DNA of 64,000 nucleotides from an uncultured Chloroflexia bacterium (GTDB lineage Bacteria; Chloroflexota; Limnocylindria; Limnocylindrales; CSP1-4): assembly GCA_963707215.1 (NCBI GenBank), contig CAVPPB010000002.1, positions 320,001 to 384,000 of the forward strand, given 5' to 3'. Below, in pieces: positions 21,600 through 33,420 of this stretch (its first letter is position 1; each line of letters opens with the position of its first letter). Position numbers and translations under genes: made by a program. The notes beneath the pieces are model-generated. The model was not told the DNA's origin and made no database searches. It saw nothing but the letters and a program-made list of their open reading frames with translations.

Positions 21600-22538
21600 A
21601 TGCGATCGGCGTTGCTGTCGCTCTCGCGGCGGCGCTCCCTCGGGCGCCTGGCGACGCGGCTGCCGGTGACCCGCGAGATGGTCCGACGTTTCGTGTCGGG
21701 CGAGCGCCTCGAGGAGGCGCTCCCGGCGCTCGAGCGGATCGCCGCCGGTGGCCTCGCCACGACGGTCGACGTGCTCGGTGAATCCGTCGACTCGGCCGAG
21801 GCGGCCGATGCCGCGGCGGACCGGTACATCGTCCTGCTCGAGGCGATCGCCGAGCGCGGGATCGACCCGAACGTGTCGCTGAAGCTGACCCAGATGGGCC
21901 TCGACGTGGACCTGACCGTCTGTCGGGCCAACGTCGAACGGATCTTCCGCCGGGCCGCCGAGCTCGGGGCCTTCGTCCGGATCGACATGGAGGATCACAC
22001 CAGGACCGACGCCACGCTGGCTCTGTGGCGCGATCTGAGGGCGGTAAACCCCGCCAGCGGCGTCGTCGTCCAGTCGGCCCTTCGACGGAGCGCCGACGAT
22101 GTCGACCGGCTCATCGGCGAGGGGGCCCGCGTCCGGCTCTGCAAGGGGGCCTACAAGGAGCCGGCCGCCGTGGCGTTCCAGGAGAAGGCCGAGGTGGACC
22201 GAGCGTACGTCGACCTTATGGACCGCCTCCTCGTCGAGGGGACCTACCCCGCCGTCGCCACCCATGACCCGCGGATCATCCGGCGGGCCATCGCCCTCGC
22301 CGGGCGGGAGGGCATCGGCCCGGAGCGGTTCGAGTTCCAGATGCTCTACGGCGTCCGCCGCGACCTCCAGGAGCGCCTGGTGGCCGACGGCTGGACCGTC
22401 CGCGTGTACGTGCCGTTCGGCCGCGAGTGGTACCCGTACTTCATGCGCCGCCTGGCCGAGCGCCCGGCCAACGTGGCCTTCCTGCTGCGGAGCGTCCTCC
22501 GCGAGGGTCGCGGCGGAGAGGTGGGTCGGCCTGACTGA
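21600..22538 (+). CDS. Proline dehydrogenase (monofunctional)
   Basis: SLKLTQMG, RIDME, RLCKGAY, EFQMLYG and YFMRRLAERP motifs. Confidence 0.95.
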   Translation: MRSALLSLSRRRSLGRLATRLPVTREMVRRFVSGERLEEALPALERIAAGGLATTVDVLGESVDSAEAADAAADRYIVLLEAIAERGIDPNVSLKLTQMGLDVDLTVCRANVERIFRRAAELGAFVRIDMEDHTRTDATLALWRDLRAVNPASGVVVQSALRRSADDVDRLIGEGARVRLCKGAYKEPAAVAFQEKAEVDRAYVDLMDRLLVEGTYPAVATHDPRIIRRAIALAGREGIGPERFEFQMLYGVRRDLQERLVADGWTVRVYVPFGREWYPYFMRRLAERPANVAFLLRSVLREGRGGEVGRPD

Positions 22539-22648
22539 GCCGACCCATGGCGGTCCGGTCCGGCGGGCAGACGAACGCCGCCGGGGAGGAGGGCCCCAGC
22601 GGCGTTCCGGGTCGGCGAGTGGCGGCCGTCAGGCGGCCACCGGGTGCG

Positions 22649-22747
22649 CTAGAACCAGCGCCGGCCGGCCTCGAGCGCGAGCGCCATCGACGCCAGCGCC
22701 GAGAGGACCAGGACCACCCGGACGGTCTCGAGCTTGATCCGCTTCAT
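22649..22747 (-). CDS. Small hydrophobic peptide (32 aa) ending AGRRWF (absent from the ORF track)
   Basis: RBS GAAGGGAG. MKRIKLETVRVVLVLSALASMALALEAGRRWF. Directly downstream of DUF5317. Confidence 0.75.
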   Translation of the reverse strand: MKRIKLETVRVVLVLSALASMALALEAGRRWF

Positions 22748-22905
22748 CGTCGCTCCCTTCGGCGCCTCCGTGAGTGGGCACGGTCGGAGGCGCTAGGGGG
22801 ACAACGTACGAGGCGATACGGCATCTGCCCATGGCCCGGAGGTACCGGTACCCCCCAGGACGCAGGTCCGGTGCAGCCGCGCACCGTGACCCGCGGATGG
22901 TCCTG

Positions 22906-23469
22906 TCAGGCGGCCCCGGGGCCGGCCGTGTCGGCTGATGGCTGCCCGCTGGTCGGCTGCCGCATCCCGGCCACGATGGCGACGGCGATGCCGACCCCGA
23001 TGAGCACGTCGCCGACCGAGAACACGTTGGCCAGCGGCAGCCATGACGGCATCGCGAACACGTCGGTGAGGAACCAGAGGGCCGGATCCGCGACGACGAT
23101 GCTGTTGGCGGCGTCCTCGGCCGGTCTGCCGAGCGCCGCCAGGGCGTCCGGGTCGGCCGGCATCGCCCCGCCGTTGGCCAGGATCGCGGCCAGGTTGAGC
23201 CCCGCGCCGACAGCGACGAGGGCAAGCCCGGGGATGCGGACGTTGACCAGCACGACGACGAGAACGAGCGCTGTCGAGCCGACGTAGAGGATCGACACCA
23301 GGTCTTCGACGAGCGACGCGCCGAGATCGCTGAACAGGACCACCTGACCGCCCAGCCCGAGGAGGGCGAGCGGCAACCAGCGGATCCGAAGATCGGCCAA
23401 CCGGCCCAGGCGGCCGCCGGCGAGGCGGCCGGCGATCAGGCCCGCGAGGACCGCGTAGAGGATGAACAC
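22906..23469 (-). CDS. DUF5317 family membrane protein
   Basis: GGRL..L..L, G..LN..AI.ANGGAMP and L.FLTDVF...NVFSVGDVLI motifs. Confidence 0.85.
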   Translation of the reverse strand: MFILYAVLAGLIAGRLAGGRLGRLADLRIRWLPLALLGLGGQVVLFSDLGASLVEDLVSILYVGSTALVLVVVLVNVRIPGLALVAVGAGLNLAAILANGGAMPADPDALAALGRPAEDAANSIVVADPALWFLTDVFAMPSWLPLANVFSVGDVLIGVGIAVAIVAGMRQPTSGQPSADTAGPGAA

Positions 23470-23546
23470 GGCCGCAGTGTCGCACGGGGCTGCTCCCGTG
23501 GCGCCGGTGGCGCATCATCGACCCGACGCCCAGCCAGGAGGATCCA

Positions 23547-24374
23547 GTGAGCGAGCCGCAAGCGACCATCCACCCATTCGTCGCGGGCCGGAGCCGCATC
23601 CGCCGGCGGGTCCTGGCCGGCGAGACGACCGTCGGAGCCTTCGTCAACCTGGCCGCGCCGATGAGCGCCGAACTGCTGGCCCGGGCGGGCTTCGACTGGC
23701 TGATCGTCGATCTGGAGCACGGCGCCGGGACCGAGGCCGACCTGCTGGGCCAGCTCTACGCGATCGAGTCGACCGGCGACCTGGGCGGGCGTATCACCGC
23801 GGCCCTGGTCCGACCCCAGGAAGGGACCCGCCTGGGCATCGGCCGCGCCCTCGATCTCGGAGCGGAGGGGATCATGGTCCCCCGGCTCGAGACCGTCGAC
23901 GAGGTCCGCCGGGTCGTCTCCTGGCTGCGCTGGCCGCCGGCCGGGGTCCGAGGGCTGGCCCTGGGCACCCGCGGCGCCGAGCAGGGTGAGGTCGCCCACG
24001 GCGGGGTCCGCGACCTGAACGACCGGATCCTCGGTGTCGTCCAGGTGGAGAGCGGCGCCGCCGTCGAGGCGTCCGCCGAGATCGCGGCGATCGACGGGGT
24101 CGACGTCCTCTTCGTGGGACCGACCGACCTGTCCCACGCCCTCGGGGTCCCGGGTCGTTTCGACGACCCGGTCTTCGGCGAGGCGCTGCGGACCGTCGTG
24201 GCCGCCTGCCGGGCCAACGGCAAGGCGCCGGGCATCCTCCTCCGCCGGCTCGGCGATCTCGATCGTTACCTCGCCCTGGGGTTCACCTTCGTGGGGCTCG
24301 GCTCGGACGGCGCCTTCGTCAGCGACGGCGCGGCGACGGCCGTGGCGGCCGCCCGGGAACGCCTGGGCGGCTGA
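23547..24374 (+). CDS. HpcH/HpaI aldolase family protein
   Basis: GFDWLIVDLEHG, ALDLGAEGIMVP and FVGPTDLS motifs. Confidence 0.9.
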   Translation: MSEPQATIHPFVAGRSRIRRRVLAGETTVGAFVNLAAPMSAELLARAGFDWLIVDLEHGAGTEADLLGQLYAIESTGDLGGRITAALVRPQEGTRLGIGRALDLGAEGIMVPRLETVDEVRRVVSWLRWPPAGVRGLALGTRGAEQGEVAHGGVRDLNDRILGVVQVESGAAVEASAEIAAIDGVDVLFVGPTDLSHALGVPGRFDDPVFGEALRTVVAACRANGKAPGILLRRLGDLDRYLALGFTFVGLGSDGAFVSDGAATAVAAARERLGG

Positions 24375-24559
24375 GCCGTGCGACCTCGTCGGCTCCGGTC
24401 AGGTCGGGAAGCCGACCGACCCTGGGTCCCTCCCACGGCCCGCCATTCGGCCCTGTCCACGACCGGCCGAGCGGGCGAAGGTACGCGGGTGTCGCGCTGT
24501 GCCCCGGCCGCTGACCGCCACCGCGTCGTACCACTGCAACCGGCATTCGGAGACGGACC

Positions 24560-25501
24560 ATGACCTCGCACCTGCTGGATTGCCGTGACCTGCGGAAGCG
24601 CTTCGGGGACCGCGTCGCCGTCGACGGGGTGAGCTTCCACATCGACGCCGGTGAGACCTACGGCCTGCTCGGGCCCAACGGGGCGGGCAAGACGACCTCG
24701 ATCTCGATGGTCTGCGGCCTGCTGCGCCGGGACGGCGGCGAGGTCACGGTGGACGGGCGGCCGGTGGACATCGGGGCGACCGCGGTCAAGGCGGTCATCG
24801 GCTACGTGCCCCAGGACCTGGCCCTCTACCCAGACCTGTCGGCCCGCGAGAACCTCCGCTTCTTCGGCCGCCTCCAGCGGCTCTCGGGGAAGGACCTCGC
24901 CGGCCGGGTCGCCGAGGTCCTTGAGCTCATCGGCCTCGCGGACCGGGCCAACGACCGCGTCGATTCATTCTCCGGCGGCATGAAGCGCCGCCTGAACATC
25001 GGCATCGGGCTGCTCCACCGACCCAAGCTGCTGGTCCTCGACGAGCCGACCGTAGGCGTCGACCCGCAGAGCCGGAACGCGATCCTCAGCAGCGTCGACG
25101 AACTGGGCCGCGAGGGCCTGGCGATCCTCTACACGACCCACTACATGGAGGAGGCCGAGCGGCTCTGCGACCGCATCGGGATCATCGACCAGGGCCGGAT
25201 CATCGCCGAGGGGACCCGTCGCGAGCTGGTCGGCCTGATCGGCCAGCGGGACCGCCTCACCCTCGTGGCCGGTGGCCCGCTGGGCCCCGTCGCCGAGGCA
25301 CTGGGACGCCTCGAACGGGTCGACGAAGCGACCGCCTCGGACGGTCGGATCGAGCTCGTCGTCAGCGAGGCACGCAGCCTGCTGCCGCTCGTCCTCGAGG
25401 TCGCCGGGGCGACCGGGGCGGAGGTCCGCAGCGTGGAGATCGTCGAGCCTGATCTCGAGGCGGTCTTCCTCCACCTCACCGGCAAGGCCCTGCGGGACTG
25501 A
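24560..25501 (+). CDS. ABC transporter ATP-binding protein (LnrL/YfiL-like)
   Basis: GPNGAGKTT, FSGGMKRR and LDEPTVGVDPQSR. Confidence 0.93.
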   Translation: MTSHLLDCRDLRKRFGDRVAVDGVSFHIDAGETYGLLGPNGAGKTTSISMVCGLLRRDGGEVTVDGRPVDIGATAVKAVIGYVPQDLALYPDLSARENLRFFGRLQRLSGKDLAGRVAEVLELIGLADRANDRVDSFSGGMKRRLNIGIGLLHRPKLLVLDEPTVGVDPQSRNAILSSVDELGREGLAILYTTHYMEEAERLCDRIGIIDQGRIIAEGTRRELVGLIGQRDRLTLVAGGPLGPVAEALGRLERVDEATASDGRIELVVSEARSLLPLVLEVAGATGAEVRSVEIVEPDLEAVFLHLTGKALRD

Positions 25502-25509
25502 CCGACGCC

Positions 25510-26694
25510 ATGCGAGCTGCCCTGACCATCGCCGCCAAGGACCTCCGCCTTCGCGTCCGCGACCGCTCCGCGCTCATCGTTTCGCTCGGGGCGCCGCTCA
25601 TCCTGGCGACGATGTTCGCGCTCCTCCTGCCCTCGGAGGACGGCGGCTTCCACGCCGATCTCGCCGTCGTCGACCTCGACGGCGGGCCGGTGGCGGTCGG
25701 CCTCGTCGAGGGGCCGCTGGCCGGCCTGGAGGCGGCGGACGTCGCGACGCTGACGACCGCGACGAGCGCGGCACAGGCCGACTCGATGGTGGCCGACGGG
25801 GAGGTCGACGCGGCCATCGTCATCCCGGCTGGCCTGACCGTCGCCGTGACCGCCGGGCAGGGCGCCGAGATCACCGTCATCGGCACGCCCGAGGCGGCCC
25901 TCTCCGCCCAGCTGGCCCGCTCGGTCGTCGAGGGCTACGCTCACCAGGTCGAGGCGATCCAGCTCTCCGTGACGACCACCCTCGCGGTAACCGGGCTGGC
26001 GCCCGATCCGGCCACCCTGGAGCAGCTCGCCACCCAGGCGATCGCCCTCGAAGCCCCGATCGCCATCCGCGACGAGGCCGCGCAGGCGGCTCGCGAGGCG
26101 TCGAGCGCGACCTACTACGCCGCTGCGATGGCGGTGCTGTTCGTCTTCTTCGCGGCCCAATTCGGCGTGGTCAGCATCCTCGGGGAGCGCCGCGAGGGGA
26201 CCCTGGCCCGGATGCTGGCCGCCCCGATCGCCCCGTCGACGGTGCTCCTCGGGAAGGTCCTCGTCAGCATCGTCATGTGCATCGTCTCGATGACGGTCAT
26301 CGTCGTGGTCTCGACGCTGGCCCTGGGCGCCGAGTGGGGCGACCCGCTTCCGCTGGCCGCCCTCATCGTCGCGATCTCGATCGCCGCCAGTGGGATCTCG
26401 ATGCTCGTCGTCGGCTTCGCCAGGACCGAGGATCAGGCCGGCGGCCTGACGGCCATCGTGGCGATGACCCTGGCCGTCCTGGGCGGCTCGTTCTTCCCGA
26501 TCACCCAGGCCCCCGAGATCCTGACGCGGCTCAGCAACCTGACGCCGCACGCCTGGTTCCTGTCCGGCGTGGCAGAACTGTCGGGCGGGGGCGGCTTCAC
26601 CGCGATCGCGCCCGCGCTCGGAGTCCTCCTGGCCATCGGCCTCGTCACCGGCGGGCTCGGCCTGCTCCGGGCCCGCGCCGTGGTCCGCGGCTGA
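25510..26694 (+). CDS. ABC-2 transporter permease
   Basis: KDLR...RDR, a large extracellular loop and ERREGTLARML. Confidence 0.88.
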   Translation: MRAALTIAAKDLRLRVRDRSALIVSLGAPLILATMFALLLPSEDGGFHADLAVVDLDGGPVAVGLVEGPLAGLEAADVATLTTATSAAQADSMVADGEVDAAIVIPAGLTVAVTAGQGAEITVIGTPEAALSAQLARSVVEGYAHQVEAIQLSVTTTLAVTGLAPDPATLEQLATQAIALEAPIAIRDEAAQAAREASSATYYAAAMAVLFVFFAAQFGVVSILGERREGTLARMLAAPIAPSTVLLGKVLVSIVMCIVSMTVIVVVSTLALGAEWGDPLPLAALIVAISIAASGISMLVVGFARTEDQAGGLTAIVAMTLAVLGGSFFPITQAPEILTRLSNLTPHAWFLSGVAELSGGGGFTAIAPALGVLLAIGLVTGGLGLLRARAVVRG

Positions 26695-27857
26695 TGAGCA
26701 CGCTCGAGATCGCCCGCATCGCGGTCGTCCGGCTGACCCGGGATCGCCTCGGCCTGTTCTTCGTGTTCCTCCTGCCGGTCGTCATCATCCTCGTCCTCGG
26801 CCTGATGTACGGCGGACGGACCGCCCCGCGGCTCGGCATCGTCCAGGCCGACGACGGAGCGCTGGCGAGCGATCTCCTCGAGACCATCCGCGCCGGAAGC
26901 CTGGCCCTCGAGGAGCGGTCGTACGAGACACCGGACGAGCTCCGCGACGCCGTCGAGCGCGGCCTCGTCGAGATCGGGCTGGAGATCCCGGCCGACTACA
27001 CCGCGACCGTCGAGCAGAGCGGGACCGCCACCCTGACCGTCCGGGGCCAGGCGACGAGCGTCCTCACCGCCCTGCGCCGGGCCGTCGAGACCGCTGTCGC
27101 CGAGCAGTCCGGGAGGATCCGGGCGGCCCGTCTGGCGCTCGACCACGGGTCCAGCGACTTCGACGAGGCCTATGCCGCTGCCGCGGAAGCCCAGGCCGAA
27201 CTGGCCGGGGTCACGGTCGTCGTCGAGACGGTCGGGGAGGGGATCTTCCCCGAGACGACCGGAGCGTTCTCGATCGGCGCCCAATCGCAGCTCGTCCTCT
27301 TCATGTTCCTGACCTCCATGACCGCAGCGACCCAGCTCATCCTTACCCGCCAGCTGGGCGTCTCGCGGCGGATGCTGGCCGGGCCCACGCCGGTCCGGAC
27401 GATCCTGCTGGGTGAGACCCTGGGCCGGTTCGGCGTGGCCATGGTCCAGGGGCTCTTCATCGTCATCGTCTCGATGGTCGCTTTCGGGGTGGCCTGGGGT
27501 GATCCCCTGGCGGCCAGCCTGCTCGTCGTCGCCTTCGCCCTCGTGGGGACCGGCGCGGCGATGGTCGTCGGGGCGGTGTCGGACAACCCCGACCAGGCCA
27601 GCTCCCTCGGCATCATGGCCGGGATGGCGCTGGGCGCCTTCGGCGGGGCCATGGTCCCGATCGAGATCTTCCCGCCTGTCATGCAGACCCTCGCCCACCT
27701 GTCGCCGCACGCCTGGGCCATCGAGGGCTTCCGCGCGCTCCTCGTTCCGGGCAGCGGGGTCGTCGACGTGCTGCCCCAGATCCTGGTCCTGCTCGCCTTC
27801 GCGGCCGGGCTGCTGACGATCGGGGTCTGGCGGTTCCGGAGCGCCATCACCGCCTGA
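26694..27857 (+). CDS. ABC-2 transporter permease
   Basis: TGATG overlap; RDR..LFF..LP and SPHAWA motifs. Confidence 0.88.
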   Translation: MSTLEIARIAVVRLTRDRLGLFFVFLLPVVIILVLGLMYGGRTAPRLGIVQADDGALASDLLETIRAGSLALEERSYETPDELRDAVERGLVEIGLEIPADYTATVEQSGTATLTVRGQATSVLTALRRAVETAVAEQSGRIRAARLALDHGSSDFDEAYAAAAEAQAELAGVTVVVETVGEGIFPETTGAFSIGAQSQLVLFMFLTSMTAATQLILTRQLGVSRRMLAGPTPVRTILLGETLGRFGVAMVQGLFIVIVSMVAFGVAWGDPLAASLLVVAFALVGTGAAMVVGAVSDNPDQASSLGIMAGMALGAFGGAMVPIEIFPPVMQTLAHLSPHAWAIEGFRALLVPGSGVVDVLPQILVLLAFAAGLLTIGVWRFRSAITA

Positions 27858-27888
27858 GCGTGCGCTCGTGGTGCAGGGCGTGGGGGCG

Positions 27889-28890
27889 CTACTCGTCGGC
27901 GATGCGGATGCGTGTCCGGAGTGCCCTGACGGCGCCTCGCGGAGAGGTCTGGGCGAGGACGACCGCGGCGAGGATCAACGCCCCGCCGGTCAGCTGGATC
28001 GGGGTCAGGCGCTCGCCGAACAGCATCGCTGCCATGACGGCGGTGTAGACCGGCTCGACGGTCGAGATGAGGGACGCCTGGGCAGCGCCGACCCGCTTGG
28101 CCCCGGCGTAGAAGGTCTGGATCGCCAGGAAGGTCGCGACGACCCCGACCCCCACGAGACCGGGCCAGGCCTCGCCCGGGATCGCCGACGGTAGTGACGG
28201 GGTGGCCGTGGCCGCGGCCATGAGCCAGAAGGATCCAGCGGTCGCGGTCATCATGACCGCCGCCGCAGCGTGGGTGGCGGCTCCCTCGCTACGCTCCGGG
28301 GCGGACCGGTCGCCATCCGCAGGTTCGATGGCACCCCGGCCGGACCGCTCGCCGGAGAGCCGCGCCGCCAGGACGATCCAGACGGCGTAGATGAACGGCG
28401 AGGCGAGGACCAGGAGGAGCCCCGACAGCGGCGGGACCTCGGTCTCGGGTATCCCGCCGACCGCGAGGACGACCCCGACGAGGGCCAGGCCCAGGGCGCC
28501 CCAGGCGCGGCGACCCTCCAGGGGCACCCCGATCCACAGCGACAGGACGGCCACCAGGGCCGGGTAGATGTAGACGATGAGGCCGGCCAGCGAGGCTGGG
28601 ACCGTCTCGAGGGCCGCGAAGTAGGTCGCCGAGTTCCCGACGTAGAGCACGCCGAGGGCGAGGGAGACCCCCAGGGCCCGGCGGTCCATCGCTCTGAGCC
28701 CGCCGCGCCGTGACGCCGAGACCAGCAGCCAGCCCCATGAGAGGGCCGCTCCGATGAGGAACCGCCAGGCCAGGAGCGTCAGCCATCCGACGCCGGTCGC
28801 GTAGACGGGTTTGCCGAAGAGGGCGCCCGATCCGAAGCCGCATGCGGAGACCAGGACGAGGATGACTCCCAGGAGCCGGATGCGGTCCAC
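27889..28890 (-). CDS. DMT/EamA family transporter
   Basis: About 10 TMs, IVYIYP and STVEPV...FGERL. Start inferred from TAGCCT-N7-GTG. Confidence 0.88.
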   Translation of the reverse strand: MDRIRLLGVILVLVSACGFGSGALFGKPVYATGVGWLTLLAWRFLIGAALSWGWLLVSASRRGGLRAMDRRALGVSLALGVLYVGNSATYFAALETVPASLAGLIVYIYPALVAVLSLWIGVPLEGRRAWGALGLALVGVVLAVGGIPETEVPPLSGLLLVLASPFIYAVWIVLAARLSGERSGRGAIEPADGDRSAPERSEGAATHAAAAVMMTATAGSFWLMAAATATPSLPSAIPGEAWPGLVGVGVVATFLAIQTFYAGAKRVGAAQASLISTVEPVYTAVMAAMLFGERLTPIQLTGGALILAAVVLAQTSPRGAVRALRTRIRIADE

Positions 28891-29000
28891 GGCCGCGAGG
28901 CTAGCAGCGGGCACGGCCGTCCGCCCGGCTGGTCCGCCCTCGGCCGCGTTCGGGCCGTCCGGTCAGGCCGTCGGGGCGCTTCGGTCGTACACTGGCGGTC

Positions 29001-29497
29001 GTGACCACCACTGAGCAGCGACCCGTCGCCGACCGGATGACGACGGTGCTCGCCACCCCGCTCCGGACCCTCGGTCGTCGTGAACCGCTGACCGTCCCGC
29101 CGGGCACCTCGCTCCGCGAGTGCCTCCGGGTGATCAAGCGCTCCGGCACCGGCGACTCGGTGCTCGTCGTGACCCCCGGGGGCCACCTCGTCGGCGTCCT
29201 CACCGAGCGCGACGTGTTCGGCCGCCTCGTCGGGACCGACGCGGAGCTCGACGCTCCGGTCGAGACGATCCTGACGATCGAGCCCCGGACCCTGCGGGCG
29301 GACCAGACCGTCCGCGATGCCATGCTCCTGATGCAGGACGGCCGCTACCGCAACATCCCCCTCCTCGACGAGGACGGCAAGCTGGCCGGGATCGTCCGCC
29401 AGGCCGACGTCATGCGCATCCTGGCCGAGTCCTTCCCGCAGGAGATCCTCAACCTCCCGCCGCGGCCCCACGAGCCCGCCCGCCGGGCGGAGGGGGC

Positions 29498-29501
<4 letters not shown>
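29001..29501 (+). CDS. CBS domain protein
   Basis: LVGVLTERD and YRNIPLLDEDGKLAGIV. Confidence 0.88.
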
Positions 29502-31359
<1,858 letters not shown>

Positions 31360-31363
<4 letters not shown>

Positions 31364-32397
31364 CCGAGACCACCACGAATCCCGAGGTCCAGCCGATCAA
31401 GCTCACCCGCAAGGACTTCGTCTCCGACCAGGACCCGCGCTGGTGCCCCGGCTGCGGGGACTACTCGATCCTGGCGCAGACGCAGAAGGTGATGCCCGAC
31501 TTCGGGTACCCGCGGGAGAACATCGTCTTCATCTCCGGTATCGGCTGCTCCGGGCGGCTCCCGTACTACATGAACACGTACGGGTTCCACTCGATCCACG
31601 GTCGGGCCGCGACGCTGGCGACGGGTCTCAAGGCAGCTCGGCCGGATCTCATGGTCTGGGTCATCACCGGCGACGGCGATGCTCTCTCCATCGGAGGCAA
31701 CCACCTGCTCCACGCGATGCGGCGGAACGTCGACATCAAGATGATCATGTTCAACAACCGCATCTACGGGCTGACCAAGGGCCAGGTGTCGCCGACGTCC
31801 GAGTTCGGCAAACGGACCAAGTCGACGCCGGTCGGCTCCGTCGACCGCCCGATCTCCCCGCTGACGGTGGCGCTCGCGGCCGAGGCCTCGTTCGTGGCCC
31901 GCTCGGTCGATACGCACACCGAGCACCTCCAGGGGACCCTCGATCGAGCCGGCTTCCACCGAGGTTCCGTGTTCGTCGAGGTCCTCCAGAACTGCAACAT
32001 CTTCAACGACGGGGCGTGGCGCGAGTTCACCGAGCGCGACGTCCGCGAGGACCGCATGCTCGTCCTCGAGGACGGCCAGCCGATGGTCTTCGGCAAGGAC
32101 CGGGACAAGGGCATCCGCCTCAACGGCCTGCAGCCGGAGGTGGTCACCCTCGGCAACGGGATCAGCGAGGACGACCTGCTGGTCCACGACGAGAAGGCCG
32201 AGGACCCCTACCTCGCCCTGATGCTCAGTCGGATGTGGTGGCCGGACTTCCCGGTACCGGTCGGCATCATCCGGTCGGTCGAGCGACCGGCTCACGACCA
32301 GCTGATGGCCGATCAGATCGTCGAGGCCAAGGCCCGCGGCGGTGACGGCGACCTGGCTGCCCAGCTGCGGTCGGGCGACACCTGGACCGTCGAGTAG
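31360..32397 (+). CDS. korB: 2-oxoacid:ferredoxin oxidoreductase subunit beta
   Basis: WCPGCGD, SGIGCS and the GDGD...NN ThDP motif. Confidence 0.95.
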
Positions 32398-32410
32398 GAG
32401 GGAACGATCC

Positions 32411-32974
32411 GTGGACTGCCCATCTTGCGGACACGCCAACCTGCCCGGCGAGGATGAGTGCGCCAACTGCGGCGCCGCCCTGGTCGAGGGCTCGTCGGAC
32501 GAGGCGCCCGGCGGCCCGATCGGGTCGGTCATCGAGCGACGGCTCGGGGACCTCGGCCTCGGCCAGCCGGCCATGATCGAGGGCACCGTGCCGGTCGGCG
32601 GGGCCCTCAACATCATGCGGGATGCCGGGGTCGACTGCCTCCTGGTGATGGCCCGAGGACGCCTGGTCGGGGTCTTCACGGAGCGCGACGCGGTCCTCAA
32701 GCTGACTGACCGACGGCTGACCATCGGGGCGGTCCGCCGCCGGGTCACCCGCGTCCTCCGACACGCCCATCTCGGGACGCGGACGCTCGTCCGCGAGGTG
32801 ATGACGGCGGACCCGGTCGTGCTCCACCCGGAAGAGACGCTCGCCGTTGCGATCCACAAGATGGCGGTCGGCGGCTTCCGGCACATCCCGGTCGTGGAGG
32901 ACGACGTGCCTGTCGGGGTCATCTCGGCCAAGGACGTCTTCCGTCAGGTCCTCGCGATCGTCCCGGAGGTATGA
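32411..32974 (+). CDS. CBS domain protein with an N-terminal zinc ribbon
   Basis: CPSCGHANLPGEDECANCG, LVGVFTERD and GFRHIPVV. RBS AGGAGG. Confidence 0.85.
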   Translation: MDCPSCGHANLPGEDECANCGAALVEGSSDEAPGGPIGSVIERRLGDLGLGQPAMIEGTVPVGGALNIMRDAGVDCLLVMARGRLVGVFTERDAVLKLTDRRLTIGAVRRRVTRVLRHAHLGTRTLVREVMTADPVVLHPEETLAVAIHKMAVGGFRHIPVVEDDVPVGVISAKDVFRQVLAIVPEV

Positions 32975-33420
32975 CCGTTCCGACGGTCGCGGTGGTCGCT
33001 GATGACCTGATCTGGGCCGAGCGGCTGCGCCGCCTGGTGACGGGCGCCGGAGCCCAGGTCTCGCTGTGTCGATCGCTGCCCGAGCTCGAGGCCGCCCTGC
33101 TGCAGGTCGATGCCGTCGTCGTGGACCTGTCGGCTCGGTCGTTCGACCCGCAGGCTGCCATCGGCCGTGCGTCCGAGGCGTCGAGCCCGACGCTCGCCGT
33201 GGGCCCCCACGACGCCGACGCGGTACGCGCGCAGGCTCGCGCCAGCGGAGCCGGCCGCGTCCTCGCCTATCGCGCGCTGGCCGAGGCGGGAGCGGATGCC
33301 ATCGAGCGGTGGCTCGAGTGGGCCGGGGTCTTCGGGGGTCAGACGGGTCGGGACGCCCCCGCCGCGCCGCCGCCCGAGGGCCGTGCTCGTGCCCGTGACG
33401 AGGATCCTGTCGGTGGCTGA
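32971..33420 (+). CDS. Receiver-domain-like hypothetical protein
   Basis: VVADDL...VVVDL...GPHxD...GA pattern; ATGA overlap. Confidence 0.6.
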   Translation: MTVPTVAVVADDLIWAERLRRLVTGAGAQVSLCRSLPELEAALLQVDAVVVDLSARSFDPQAAIGRASEASSPTLAVGPHDADAVRAQARASGAGRVLAYRALAEAGADAIERWLEWAGVFGGQTGRDAPAAPPPEGRARARDEDPVGG

